A stretch of 64,000 bases of DNA from Cyanobacteria bacterium HKST-UBA04 (GTDB lineage: Bacteria; Cyanobacteriota; Vampirovibrionia; Vampirovibrionales; JAGQHJ01), in assembly GCA_020431915.1 (NCBI GenBank), contig JAGQHJ010000005.1, positions 1,087 to 65,086 of the forward strand, written 5' to 3'. A program made the position numbers and the translations under genes. Below the pieces are notes generated by a model. It did not search any database, was not told the DNA's origin, and saw only the letters and a program-made list of their open reading frames with translations. Positions 19,374 to 28,691 of the stretch are shown in pieces (the first letter of the stretch is position 1; each line of letters starts with the position of its first letter).

Positions 19374-19766
19374 CTAGCTCAGCGCCTCGCGGATCAGGAA
19401 GTCGGTTTCGACCAGATCCGGGTGGGCCTTGAAGAAGGTCAGATCGTCGCCGTCGAGGTTTTGCATTTGGCCGCTGTTTTTCAAACGGGCCAGGGTGGAC
19501 GGGGAAAGCATGCTTTTGAGCTGCTCCGTGTTGTTGGTTTCAATAAAATTCAAGGCGGCCTGGGTGGCTTCGCTGGCTTCTTCGGTCGAAGGGCCGGCGA
19601 CGAACTGGGTGTTCATGCCTGCCAGGGTATTGTCGCTGGGGGCCACGTTAAACTTAAAGGCACTGCCGTCAATTTGGCCGGCGTCGTTTTGGCCTTGCAT
19701 GGCGCCAAAGTTGCTATCGGGGCGGTTGGGACCTTGCGGGCCCTGGTTTCCTGAAATTCCGGTCAT
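19374..19766 (-). CDS. hypothetical protein
   Basis: 130-aa ORF. A hand count of codon-position GC over 19441-19500 gives 3rd 75%, 1st 60%, 2nd 35% for this frame. That favours it over the overlapping + ORFs. No family recognised. Confidence 0.6.
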   Translation of the reverse strand: MTGISGNQGPQGPNRPDSNFGAMQGQNDAGQIDGSAFKFNVAPSDNTLAGMNTQFVAGPSTEEASEATQAALNFIETNNTEQLKSMLSPSTLARLKNSGQMQNLDGDDLTFFKAHPDLVETDFLIREALS

Positions 19767-20140
19767 ATAAGGTGTTGCTCCTAGTGATGTTGGGTTGGCG
19801 ACGCGGGCCTTTTGTCTCTGCTCATAATGATGAGCGGGCCGTTGTCGATGCTGCTGTGTCTCTGACTTCTTCTCTCGCGCGTACTGGCTCTATTTATTTT
19901 AAAACCAGGGCCGGGAAGTGGTGACTCGTCCGATCGGTCGATATTACGGGGCTAATTTTTTCTGGCACGTCGTATTGTTGGCAGGGAGTGGGAAAGGCTG
20001 GTGTTAAGGGAGGGGACTGTCACAGGGAAGGTATCGGTCTAATAAACGATAAACTTTAATGTACAATTATAAAGGTAGTATAAAGCTTGTTTCGTTTGTT
20101 TTACTTGTTGGCAGGAGGCGTGGAGAAGCCTGATGGCCTG

Positions 20141-20320
20141 CTACGTGACCTCTTCGGGGATGTAGAGCGGCTGCTCGGCCAGGGCCTTGGTAATGCCGTC
20201 GTAGGTGGCTTTCTGGCCCCGAAAATCGCGTTGCAGGCGGTTGATAATCATCAACACGTCATCGCTGGTCAGGCGAATCAGGCGGCGGCTGTTGTGGGCG
20301 TGGGTAATGATTTTGGCCAT
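20141..20320 (-). CDS. small hypothetical protein (59 aa)
   Basis: MAKIITHAHNSRRLIRLTSDDVLMIINRLQRDFRGQKATYDGITKALAEQPLYIPEEVT. The codon-position GC pattern over 20161-20220 is strong (3rd 90%, 1st 60%, 2nd 45%). It is divergent from rsmH. Confidence 0.6.
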   Translation of the reverse strand: MAKIITHAHNSRRLIRLTSDDVLMIINRLQRDFRGQKATYDGITKALAEQPLYIPEEVT

Positions 20321-20494
20321 AACACGAGCAGATCCTGTGGGCAATTTCTTTGTCGTTGCAGCGTTTAGAGGTATTATAAGCCTCGATGTCGCCCGAGATG
20401 ATCATGCCCGTGGACGAACTTTCAGGGGCCGGCCCTGCCCCCGCTCCCTCAAGCGTCAGTCCTTTATATGGCTAAAAGATAACAGGCCCTGTTT

Positions 20495-21484
20495 ATGTCT
20501 CGATTACCTGATGTATTGGATGCGCCCGCCGTCGGCCATGCCTCGGTGTTGCTGGCCCCGGCTGTTCAGGCCTTGGTTGCCCACCAGCCACCAACGAGTC
20601 TGGCCCATCAGGTGTTTGTAGACGCCACCGTTGGCGGGGGCGGGCATACCCTGGCGTTAAGCCAGGCCTTGCCGCCGTCTGCCCGGCTTATCGGATTGGA
20701 TCAAGACCCGGAAGCCATCGAACGCGCCCGGTCCGTGCTGGCTGACACCCACCCGCCCGTGACGCTGGTGACGGGTAATTTTGGACAGTTGGGGGCCCAC
20801 CTCGACGCCCTGGGCGTTGAGTACATTACCGGCGGTATTCTGCTGGACCTGGGGTATTCGGCCTTTCAAATCCGTTCGCAGACCCGTGGGTTCAGTTTCC
20901 AGACCGACGCGCCGCTGGACATGCGCATGAGCCCCACTCAGCCCCGGACGGCTGCCGACATCCTCAATACCTGGCCCGAGGCAGATCTGGTGGCCCTGTT
21001 TAAAACCATGGCCGACGAGCGGCTGGCCCGGCCCATTGCCCGTGTTATTGGGCGTCAGCGGGCGGTTGCGCCAATTGAAAGCACCACCGAACTGGCCAAG
21101 CTGGTCAGCAAGGTTTATGCCCAGAAGGGCCTGGGTGATAAACAACGGATTCATCCTGCCACGCGGGTCTTCCAGGCTTTGCGGATGGCCGTCAACGATG
21201 AAATCCCCATGCTCAAAACCTGCCTCGAGCACCTCAACGACCGGCTGGCCCCTGGTGCCCGGGCGGCCATCATTACCTTCCATTCCGTTGAGGATCGGGT
21301 CGTCAAGCAGCATTTTCGGCATTACAGCGCCCCCTGTCTCTGTCCACCGGGGTTACCGGTGTGCCAGTGCCAGGCCCAGCCGCTGTACCACAAGCCTCAA
21401 AAGCCCATTGTGCCGGGGCCAGACGAGATTGAAGCCAACGTGCAGGCCCGAAGCGCCAAGCTGCGGGTGGCGGTTAAACGCTAG
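20495..21484 (+). CDS. rsmH: 16S rRNA (cytosine1402-N4)-methyltransferase
   Basis: HASVLL, DATVGGGGHT, GLDQDPEAI, LLDLGYSAFQI...RGFSF...PLDMRM and ITFHSVEDRVVK motifs. Confidence 0.92.
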   Translation: MSRLPDVLDAPAVGHASVLLAPAVQALVAHQPPTSLAHQVFVDATVGGGGHTLALSQALPPSARLIGLDQDPEAIERARSVLADTHPPVTLVTGNFGQLGAHLDALGVEYITGGILLDLGYSAFQIRSQTRGFSFQTDAPLDMRMSPTQPRTAADILNTWPEADLVALFKTMADERLARPIARVIGRQRAVAPIESTTELAKLVSKVYAQKGLGDKQRIHPATRVFQALRMAVNDEIPMLKTCLEHLNDRLAPGARAAIITFHSVEDRVVKQHFRHYSAPCLCPPGLPVCQCQAQPLYHKPQKPIVPGPDEIEANVQARSAKLRVAVKR

Positions 21485-21521
21485 GCCTCTTGTATTAGAC
21501 GCCCTCTGGCAGAACCAGGCG

Positions 21522-22064
21522 CTAGTTGTTGCGAATTGAGTGGTAGATGATACGGTCGGTGCCGGAGTCGCTGCCAGTGGCGAAGTTGGTACCGGGCAAG
21601 CCCGGTAATGCCGCCGGCATGCTGGAAAAAGGGGGGGGCTGGGATATTTTCTCAAGGGCTTCAAGGTAATCCACAATCAGGTTACCCACCACGCTCTGAC
21701 CACGTGTTTCCATTCGTCTAAACAGCCTAAGCAGCATGCGCCACTGTTTTGGGTGGCGGTGCTCGATAGCCTTTCGGTCCAGGCCGACAATCTGCTGGTT
21801 CAGGGTAATGTTGAAGTGCTGCCGGGTGAAGGTGAGCATGTCCGTGCCATCCAGAACCACCCCCATCATGCCCCCCGGCACGTCGTCATCGTGTACCGCC
21901 GTGTACACACTCACGGGTCGCTCGGCTGTCAGGGCGCTAATTCGCCCAAGCACGTATGCATCCGCGCCTTCAATGCGATGGACTAGGCCAAACCGCGTGT
22001 TGGGTTGGGCCATGGGCCGAAAAGACGGGGTAATTAAAGCAGGCTGCACGGAATAAGGTCTCAT
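21522..22064 (-). CDS. hypothetical protein
   Basis: 180-aa ORF, convergent with rsmH. No family recognised. Confidence 0.5.
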   Translation of the reverse strand: MRPYSVQPALITPSFRPMAQPNTRFGLVHRIEGADAYVLGRISALTAERPVSVYTAVHDDDVPGGMMGVVLDGTDMLTFTRQHFNITLNQQIVGLDRKAIEHRHPKQWRMLLRLFRRMETRGQSVVGNLIVDYLEALEKISQPPPFSSMPAALPGLPGTNFATGSDSGTDRIIYHSIRNN

Positions 22065-22232
22065 GGTGCGCTCCGGCTCGGTATCAAGCTCTAAGGGGGC
22101 TCACAGCAGTACTTGCTACAAGCATACAGGGCAGGAGGCCCCAACAAAAGCTGTTGTGGCCCATAATTTACCTTTGAGGGGTGCCAACGTGGTAGCATAG
22201 GGCTTTACGTCGTAACCAAAGGGTGGTGTGTC

Positions 22233-23726
22233 GTGTTTTTTTGGATCCTGATTGGCTATTTGTCGCTGCTGATTATCTTGGCACGGGTGTTTTCCAAGAA
22301 AATTGACGGCCTCAACGAGTTTTTCCTGGCCAGCCGTAACCTGCCGGCCTGGGTGGCCACGGCCACTTTCGTGGCCTCGTGGATTGGTGCGGCTTCAACC
22401 ATTGGGACCATCGATAAGGCTTTTAGCCAGGGACTTAGTGCTTTCTGGTACATGGCCATTCCGTCAGCCCTGAGTTTGTTTGTGATTACCTTTGTTTTTG
22501 CCCGGCGCGTCAACCGTATCCAGGCCCTGAGCATGCCCCAGGCCTTTGAGGGTCGCTATGGCGCCACCGCCGGGTTTTTTCTGTCTTCGGTTATTCTGTT
22601 TGCCTCGGTCACCCTGCTGGCCTCCCAGCTGGTGGCGGCTGGCCAACTGATTCACACGGCTGCCGATATTCCGGTTGAGTGGGCCACGTGGCTGACGCTG
22701 GCTGTTATTGTCATTTATTCCGTCATTGGCGGCTTCCGTGCCGTGGTAATGACCGACGTCTTCCAGGTGGCACTGTTGGGGCTGGGGCTGTTTATCCTGT
22801 TTGCCTTCGGTATGTGGGTCGGTTGGCCGCATATGGAAGCCGGAGTGAATGCCATGATTGCCGGTGCCGTCGCTTCGGCGGCTACCCATGTGCCTGCCGA
22901 AGTTGCTCATGAGGCCCTGGTTGACCCGACCCAGTTTTGGAACCCCTTTGTCGAGCTGCCCAAGCACCTGATGATTACTGCCACCTTTATTTTGGGTTGG
23001 TGCATTGCCCCGGAAATGTGGCAGCGGATGCAGGCCGTGGCCAATCCCGACGATGCCCTGAAGGTGGGCCTGGGGTCTATTGCCTCGACGATGCTGTTGT
23101 TCTTGGCCATCGTGTTTACGGGAATTAGCGCGGTGGGGGCCTTGCATCACCTGGGTATTACGGTTCAGGACGGGCAAAACGTGCTGTTTGTGCTAGCCCA
23201 ACAGCTCCCCAACCCGTTTTTAATGGGACTGGTGCTGCTGGGGGGCATTTCGGCGGTTTTCTCCACCATCGACTCCTCCATTAACATCAGTAGCCTGACG
23301 CTGTCTCATGACATGATTCAGCGTTACCTGTGGCCCCGGGCCACCGAGCAGCAACTGGTCCTGCTCAGCCGGGTGGCGACCGTACTGGTGGGTATCCCGT
23401 CGGTGGCCATCGCCCTGCATTTTAACGACATTATCCAGGTGCTCTGGATTTCGGCGGACATCTACGCCAGCACCATATTTGTGCCGGTCGTGGCTCTGTT
23501 CTACTGCCCGCAGGCCCCCAGAAGCTGTGGCGTTTGGGCCATCGCTCTGGGCCTGATTCCTGTCGTGTTCAGCTTTATTGCCGAGTTTACGTCCTTGGCC
23601 CTGCCGCCATGGTGGCCCGAATGGCCTTATACCACCCTGTTGGGTGTATCGATGAGCGTGCTGGGCTTTGTCGGGGCTTGGGCTGCCGAGGCATGGCTGT
23701 CCAAACCGATGACGATTAACCAGTAA
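22233..23726 (+). CDS. sodium:solute symporter (SSS) family transporter
   Basis: 497 aa with about 13 hydrophobic helices. The N-terminal FFLASRNLPAWVATATFVASWIGAASTIG is the SSF signature region. GTG start. Confidence 0.85.
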   Translation: MFFWILIGYLSLLIILARVFSKKIDGLNEFFLASRNLPAWVATATFVASWIGAASTIGTIDKAFSQGLSAFWYMAIPSALSLFVITFVFARRVNRIQALSMPQAFEGRYGATAGFFLSSVILFASVTLLASQLVAAGQLIHTAADIPVEWATWLTLAVIVIYSVIGGFRAVVMTDVFQVALLGLGLFILFAFGMWVGWPHMEAGVNAMIAGAVASAATHVPAEVAHEALVDPTQFWNPFVELPKHLMITATFILGWCIAPEMWQRMQAVANPDDALKVGLGSIASTMLLFLAIVFTGISAVGALHHLGITVQDGQNVLFVLAQQLPNPFLMGLVLLGGISAVFSTIDSSINISSLTLSHDMIQRYLWPRATEQQLVLLSRVATVLVGIPSVAIALHFNDIIQVLWISADIYASTIFVPVVALFYCPQAPRSCGVWAIALGLIPVVFSFIAEFTSLALPPWWPEWPYTTLLGVSMSVLGFVGAWAAEAWLSKPMTINQ

Positions 23727-23750
23727 CCGTAAGCCTGTCTTAAGCTCGCC

Positions 23751-24407
23751 TTAAACGGCTGAATACCACTGCCGACCCGGTGTCATCGGGCCGTAAGCCG
23801 TCATGGCAGCATAGGGTAAGGGGGTACCCAGGTTTTGGTTGCCAAACCGATAGGCCGGGGGATGGTTTAAGGTGGGGTGGTTAAGGCGGGGTGAGTTTAA
23901 AGGGCTACGGGGGCGGCCTTGTAGGTGTTTTGTGGGGCCGTTAATGGCTTCCAGTCGGCTCACGCCAGCCTGGGTGGCAGTGGAAGCAGAAATGGGTGCC
24001 TGAGGCGATGCATGGTTAAAGCTGTTTTTGGGGAACAACCGGGAGACCTTGGCCATTAGCACCGGGCGGGCAATGACATCGATGATGGCGGAGCCCAGGA
24101 AGGCGTTGGCAAAGTGGTGCAGGGCGTTTTGGTTTGGTGAAAGCTTTTTGGACAAGGCCCAGCAGCCCAATTGTGTGCCTAAATACAGGCTGCCGCTGAC
24201 AATTTGCCGGACCATCTCCTGGGTAATCAGCATGCCCCGTTCCTGGCTGTTAAAGTAGCCGTCGCGCTTGTAGGCCCAGTTAAACGTAACGGGTTTCAAG
24301 ACGGCTGCTCCGATGGTGGCGGCCATCATTTTCAGGCCACTATTTATGGTGGTGCTGGTATAGAGGGGCGAAACCGGTAACTTGGTGAGGGGAGGCATAG
24401 GGGACAC
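23751..24407 (-). CDS. hypothetical protein with low-complexity Pro/Tyr/Asn-rich C-terminus
   Basis: 218-aa ORF. The N-terminal half may resemble the N-terminus of the 40465..42000 protein. No family recognised. Confidence 0.5.
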   Translation of the reverse strand: MSPMPPLTKLPVSPLYTSTTINSGLKMMAATIGAAVLKPVTFNWAYKRDGYFNSQERGMLITQEMVRQIVSGSLYLGTQLGCWALSKKLSPNQNALHHFANAFLGSAIIDVIARPVLMAKVSRLFPKNSFNHASPQAPISASTATQAGVSRLEAINGPTKHLQGRPRSPLNSPRLNHPTLNHPPAYRFGNQNLGTPLPYAAMTAYGPMTPGRQWYSAV

Positions 24408-24579
24408 GCTCTGGATTGCTTCTCTTTGGTGTTGCTGGAAGGGGTGTGGCGCTATTATAAGCCGAACATGGGCCTGTATAAGAGACGAGCCGGCCTATCC
24501 CTGCTTTGGGCAGGGGGGTGTTTCTCAGCTTTGGGCTACAATGGAAGGGTATAGCGGTTTGGCGACAGGTAACGAATTG

Positions 24580-26454
24580 ATGCATCCGCGGTTGTTGGCA
24601 CGATGGATATGGGCCGGGTGTTTTGGGGCTGCCATGCTGTTGCCGCTTGCCGGATGCCAGCCGCCTGACATGCAGCTGCGCGATGCAGGCCATCCCATCA
24701 TCAAGGTTGAGGCCAAGGTTGAGCATCCGCCGGTATACAGGAATGTGACGGTCGACGGGGCGCAGTTGCTCGAATCGCCTTACCCGGTGGGCGAATTTGG
24801 TCGTACTCTCCATTCGGCCTCCATTGGGGCCGGCCCCAAGACCTTTAACCCGCTTGTCAGCAATGATGCCACCTCGTCGGCCATGGCGGGGCTGATGTTT
24901 AGCGGGCTGGTGAACCGCAATGCCCACAGTGGCGAGTTCGAGGGGTGGCTGGCCCAGGGCTTCGAGATTGGTGCGGATCAGCGTACCTATACGGTCCGGC
25001 TTCGCCGGGGCGTGACCTGGAGCGACGGGGTGCCCATTACGGCCGACGACGTGGTCTTTACCTGGAACAAGCTGATCAAGACCGGCATGGGCAACCGCAG
25101 CAACCTTGATGTGATACTGGTTGACGGCAAGGCCCCGACGGTTGCCAAGGTTGACGACTACACGGTGCAGTTTGTTACCCCCGTGCCCTTTGCACCGTTT
25201 TTGGGAAGCCTGGGTAACCCGATTCTGCCCAAGCACGTGGTTGAGCCGGTTCTCAAGCAGGGGCCCAAGGCGTTTGATTCGTTTTGGGGTGTAAACGCCG
25301 ACCCGGCTAGTTTTGTGGTGAGCGGCCCCTTCAAGCTCAAGCAGTATGAAACCGGTCACCGGGTGGTGATGGAACGCAACCCGGCCTATTTTGTGGTAAA
25401 CGCCAACCACGACCGCCTGCCCTACGTAAAGCAGTACGTCACCGAATTTGTGCGGGACCTCAATGCCGTCAAGCTGTTGTTTGAGCAGGGTCGGGTCGAT
25501 ACGCTGGGGGTGCCCGGGCAGGACGTGTTTTACGTCAAGCAGTTGCTGCGGCCCAAGTTTGACCTGTATGACCTGGGGCCCAATACCGGCACCACGTTCT
25601 TCGGGTTTAACCTCAACCCGCGGCAGAACCGCAAGACGGGCAAGCCCTACGTCGATCCGATCAAGTCCGCGTGGTTTGGTAACCTGAAATTTCGCCAGGC
25701 CGTGGATTATGCCATCCGCCGTGACCAGTTGGTGCAGAATATCCTGCGCGGCGTAGGTGAGCCACTGTTTACCCCCGAGGCGCTTTCGTCAATCTACCTG
25801 CACCCCAAGCTGGCCAAAGGCCATCCGCACGATGTGGCCAAAGCCCGTCGCCTGCTTCAAGAGGCCGGTTTTCACTGGGACGCAGCCGGGCAGTTGCTTG
25901 ATGGCCACGGCCACCGGGTACAGTTTGAGTTGCTGACCAACGCCGGCAACACCGAGCGCGAATCGGTGGGGGTCAGTATCAAGGAAGACCTGGAAGGCCT
26001 GGGGATGAAGGTGAACTTTAAACCCATTGAGTTTAACGTGCTGGTTAACAAGCTGGCCGAAACCATGGACTGGGAGGCCGTCATTATCGGCTTTACCGGC
26101 AGCACCGTTGAGCCGCATGGGGGCGTGAACCTGTGGAACAGCCAGGGGGCGTTGCACCTGTTTAACCTGCGCAAACCCGATCTGGACGGGGGGCCGTACC
26201 GCTATGTGGTAGAACCTTGGGAGCGGGCTGTTGACGACGCCTTTAACCGGGGCAGCAAGGTGATTGATGTTGACCAGCGTAAACCCTACTACTGGCGCTA
26301 CCAGGAGCTGGTTTACGACAACCTGCCGGTTAGCTACCTGTACTCGCCCAATATCATCACGGCGGTCAACAAGCGCCTGCAGAACATCGATCCGTCACCG
26401 GTCACCGGGTCGGTGATGGACAACCTCGAGTCGATCTGGATTAAGCGGAAATAG
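24580..26454 (+). CDS. ABC transporter substrate-binding lipoprotein, family 5 (peptide/nickel, OppA/DppA/NikA-like)
   Basis: ORF 24382..26454. The ATG at 24580 gives a lipoprotein signal (MHPRLLARWIWAGCFGAAMLLPLAGC). SBP_bac_5-like core: TFNPLVSNDATSSAMAGLMFSGLV...YTVRLRRGVTWSDGVPITADDVVFTW. Confidence 0.85.
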   Translation: MHPRLLARWIWAGCFGAAMLLPLAGCQPPDMQLRDAGHPIIKVEAKVEHPPVYRNVTVDGAQLLESPYPVGEFGRTLHSASIGAGPKTFNPLVSNDATSSAMAGLMFSGLVNRNAHSGEFEGWLAQGFEIGADQRTYTVRLRRGVTWSDGVPITADDVVFTWNKLIKTGMGNRSNLDVILVDGKAPTVAKVDDYTVQFVTPVPFAPFLGSLGNPILPKHVVEPVLKQGPKAFDSFWGVNADPASFVVSGPFKLKQYETGHRVVMERNPAYFVVNANHDRLPYVKQYVTEFVRDLNAVKLLFEQGRVDTLGVPGQDVFYVKQLLRPKFDLYDLGPNTGTTFFGFNLNPRQNRKTGKPYVDPIKSAWFGNLKFRQAVDYAIRRDQLVQNILRGVGEPLFTPEALSSIYLHPKLAKGHPHDVAKARRLLQEAGFHWDAAGQLLDGHGHRVQFELLTNAGNTERESVGVSIKEDLEGLGMKVNFKPIEFNVLVNKLAETMDWEAVIIGFTGSTVEPHGGVNLWNSQGALHLFNLRKPDLDGGPYRYVVEPWERAVDDAFNRGSKVIDVDQRKPYYWRYQELVYDNLPVSYLYSPNIITAVNKRLQNIDPSPVTGSVMDNLESIWIKRK

Positions 26455-26468
26455 CCGTTTTTAAGAGC

Positions 26469-27002
26469 CTAACCGGCCTGGCAGCTTTCGCACAGGCCGA
26501 ACAACTCCAGGTTGTGGTAGTGCAGCTTAAACTTGGTTTGGGCCGATTCGATAAGGGACTCAAGGGTCTCTAAGGGGCAGTCGTGCAGCACCTCCACATG
26601 CTGGCACCGGGTGCAGACCAGGTGGTGGTGGTGGTGGGGATGCTCGGTTTTGGTCAGCAGGTCGTAGCGGGCTTGGCCGTCCTGTAGGTACACGCGCTGT
26701 ACCTGGTGCTGCTGAACCAGGTAATGCAGGGTGCGGTATATCGTGGTCAGGCCAGCCGAGCGTTTGGGGCGGTTGGCCCGCAGCCAGTCATGCAGCTCTT
26801 GCACGGAGGCATGGGGTACGGCCCCCAGCGCATCGAGAACCACCTGGGTACTGCGCGGTGGCTTCTTGCTGCTATAGCTGGGAGAGGTGGTGGAAGAAGG
26901 AGGCAACATCAGGCGATATCCAACAACAGGGGCCATACAGGAGAACAGGGTGTCATGGCGGCGGGTGACGAGAGGCGCCTTATTTTTGAAAATGGTTTTC
27001 AT
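26469..27002 (-). CDS. Fur-family metalloregulator (Fur/Zur/Nur type)
   Basis: Winged-helix region (TTIYRTLHYLVQQHQVQRV) plus HPHHHHHLVCTRCQHV...LFGLCESCQ metal sites. The start is uncertain. ATGs at 27002, 26936 and 26909 are all in frame, and 26909 gives a typical ~146-aa Fur. Confidence 0.85.
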   Translation of the reverse strand: MKTIFKNKAPLVTRRHDTLFSCMAPVVGYRLMLPPSSTTSPSYSSKKPPRSTQVVLDALGAVPHASVQELHDWLRANRPKRSAGLTTIYRTLHYLVQQHQVQRVYLQDGQARYDLLTKTEHPHHHHHLVCTRCQHVEVLHDCPLETLESLIESAQTKFKLHYHNLELFGLCESCQAG

Positions 27003-27092
27003 TTTACCATGGCTTCGGGTATACTGCAGTCCATTAGAATCTGGGTGACGTGTCCCTATACGGCCTTACTGTCTTAATTGTCTTATTTTTTT

Positions 27093-28214
27093 ATGCCCTA
27101 TCCTGTTGCTACCCATGTCTTGTCGATGCCCCGGCCCATCCAGCAGCCCTCGCTGTCTGGTAACGGCTTGTCTCAGCGGGTGTTTACGCCGTGGTCGCCG
27201 TGGGCATCGTGGACACCACAGACACCACAGACAGTGCAGACACTGCAGACGCCATGGACACCGCAGACCCTGTGGACAGGGAATGGGTATAACACGGTGC
27301 CGGGTTCAGCCCCGTTTCAATATCCCCTTTCCCCGACGCTGCCCCCAGCCATGCCGTTGCACGACGTTCATTACCCGTTGTCTTCTGAGCCCTCACCGTC
27401 CGACTTGGCTGCCAAGGCCCCGGAGCAAGCCAGCCATGGATCTGAGTCGGCGGGAAACCGGCGTCGGCCCCTGAATTTTAAAAAACTGGCCCTTGCTGCC
27501 GGTGCGGTGTTGCTGGGGGTGGGAATCGGCCGGCTCAAGGCCCGTATGCCTGCTGCTGCCCCTGTCGGATCGCTGCTGCCGACGGACTGGAAAACCTACG
27601 CCCAGATTGCATCGGGCGTGGTGGCTGTCCGGTCGTTTAACAGCGCCCTAGACGTGCAGCCCCCGGCCTGGTTGACGGCGGTCGAGACGTCGGCCCTGCT
27701 TCATCCGATGACACTGGGTATTAAGGGCCATGCCCTCAGGCACCTGCCTGTGATGGCCGCCTATGTGGGCAGTGTGGTGGGTGTGACGAACTGGGCGGTC
27801 AACGCGTTTGACGACCATGTGGGTCGGGACAACCATATTCCGCGATGGGTGCCCAAGCTGGTGCTGTGGGCCACGGCTGTTTTGGGTGGTGCCAAGTTGT
27901 ACCCGGCCCTGACCCGGCGGCTGGCCCAATCGGGTGTGCTGGGCAAGGCCCTTCAGCGTGAAGCCCGAAACGGCAGCGCGTTTGTGCAATCGACTCTTGG
28001 CGGCGGGGCGGCTGCCGGAATGATGTGTGCCAACGGCTGTTGCCCAACGGCAATTTGTGCCGTGGAGGTGGGGGATGCATTGGGGTCGTTGTTCTCGGGC
28101 CACTTGGCCACGCATGCCCATGAACGCGAACGGGCCCATGAGCGGCAACGGCAACAGGCCCAGTTGTCTCCCCTGCAAAAACGTCTTCAAACCATTCGGG
28201 AGGCTTTTGCGTGA
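27093..28214 (+). CDS. hypothetical membrane protein with W/T/P/Q N-terminal repeats and a CANGCCPTAIC motif
   Basis: ORF 27078..28214. The N-terminus is TPWSPWASWTPQTPQTVQTLQTPWTPQTLWT. It has several hydrophobic helices and the motif MMCANGCCPTAICAVE. The C-terminus is His/Arg/Glu-rich. Codon-position GC only weakly favours this strand. Confidence 0.55.
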   Translation: MPYPVATHVLSMPRPIQQPSLSGNGLSQRVFTPWSPWASWTPQTPQTVQTLQTPWTPQTLWTGNGYNTVPGSAPFQYPLSPTLPPAMPLHDVHYPLSSEPSPSDLAAKAPEQASHGSESAGNRRRPLNFKKLALAAGAVLLGVGIGRLKARMPAAAPVGSLLPTDWKTYAQIASGVVAVRSFNSALDVQPPAWLTAVETSALLHPMTLGIKGHALRHLPVMAAYVGSVVGVTNWAVNAFDDHVGRDNHIPRWVPKLVLWATAVLGGAKLYPALTRRLAQSGVLGKALQREARNGSAFVQSTLGGGAAAGMMCANGCCPTAICAVEVGDALGSLFSGHLATHAHERERAHERQRQQAQLSPLQKRLQTIREAFA

Positions 28215-28654
28215 TGCCGGTTTCTCAGGTGAGTCCTGTGCGCATGACGCGGTTGCCATTACCCGTACGGTTTGGCCATGGTGGTCATGGTCGTCAGGGC
28301 GATGGCGCCCATTCTCATCCGCCTCACCCGCCCCATCAGCAACCAGATCCTAAACGCGGCTCTAAATCAGATTCTCAGCCGGATCCGCACCACCCGCACT
28401 ATCACGTCCATGCCGACGGCACCCCGTGCACCCATGATCATGGCCATGATCATGGCCGTCATAGCGATCACCACCATCATCGTCACGCGCCGTCGGATCC
28501 GTCCGTCGCCCGTCGGCATCGGAGCTTGCCGCAGCGCGTGGGCGATTTGGTGACCGGTTTGTTTCGCAGCGTGTGGGCGCTCGTCACCAGCCCCTTCCGC
28601 GATTTAAAACACCTGTTGGGTATCGGCAGGGGGCAGAAGCCGGATCACGCTTAA
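28214..28654 (+). CDS. histidine-rich protein (putative metal-binding/metallochaperone-like)
   Basis: ATG at 28214 shares its A with the TGA of the upstream gene. There are 21 His in a 76-residue stretch by my count (FGHGGHG...HDHGHDHGRHSDHHHHRH). Codon-position GC supports this frame (2nd position 40%). Confidence 0.65.
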   Translation: MPVSQVSPVRMTRLPLPVRFGHGGHGRQGDGAHSHPPHPPHQQPDPKRGSKSDSQPDPHHPHYHVHADGTPCTHDHGHDHGRHSDHHHHRHAPSDPSVARRHRSLPQRVGDLVTGLFRSVWALVTSPFRDLKHLLGIGRGQKPDHA

Positions 28655-28691
28655 CGCCATCGGGCGGTTTTTTGGGTGTATTGGGTTGGGC

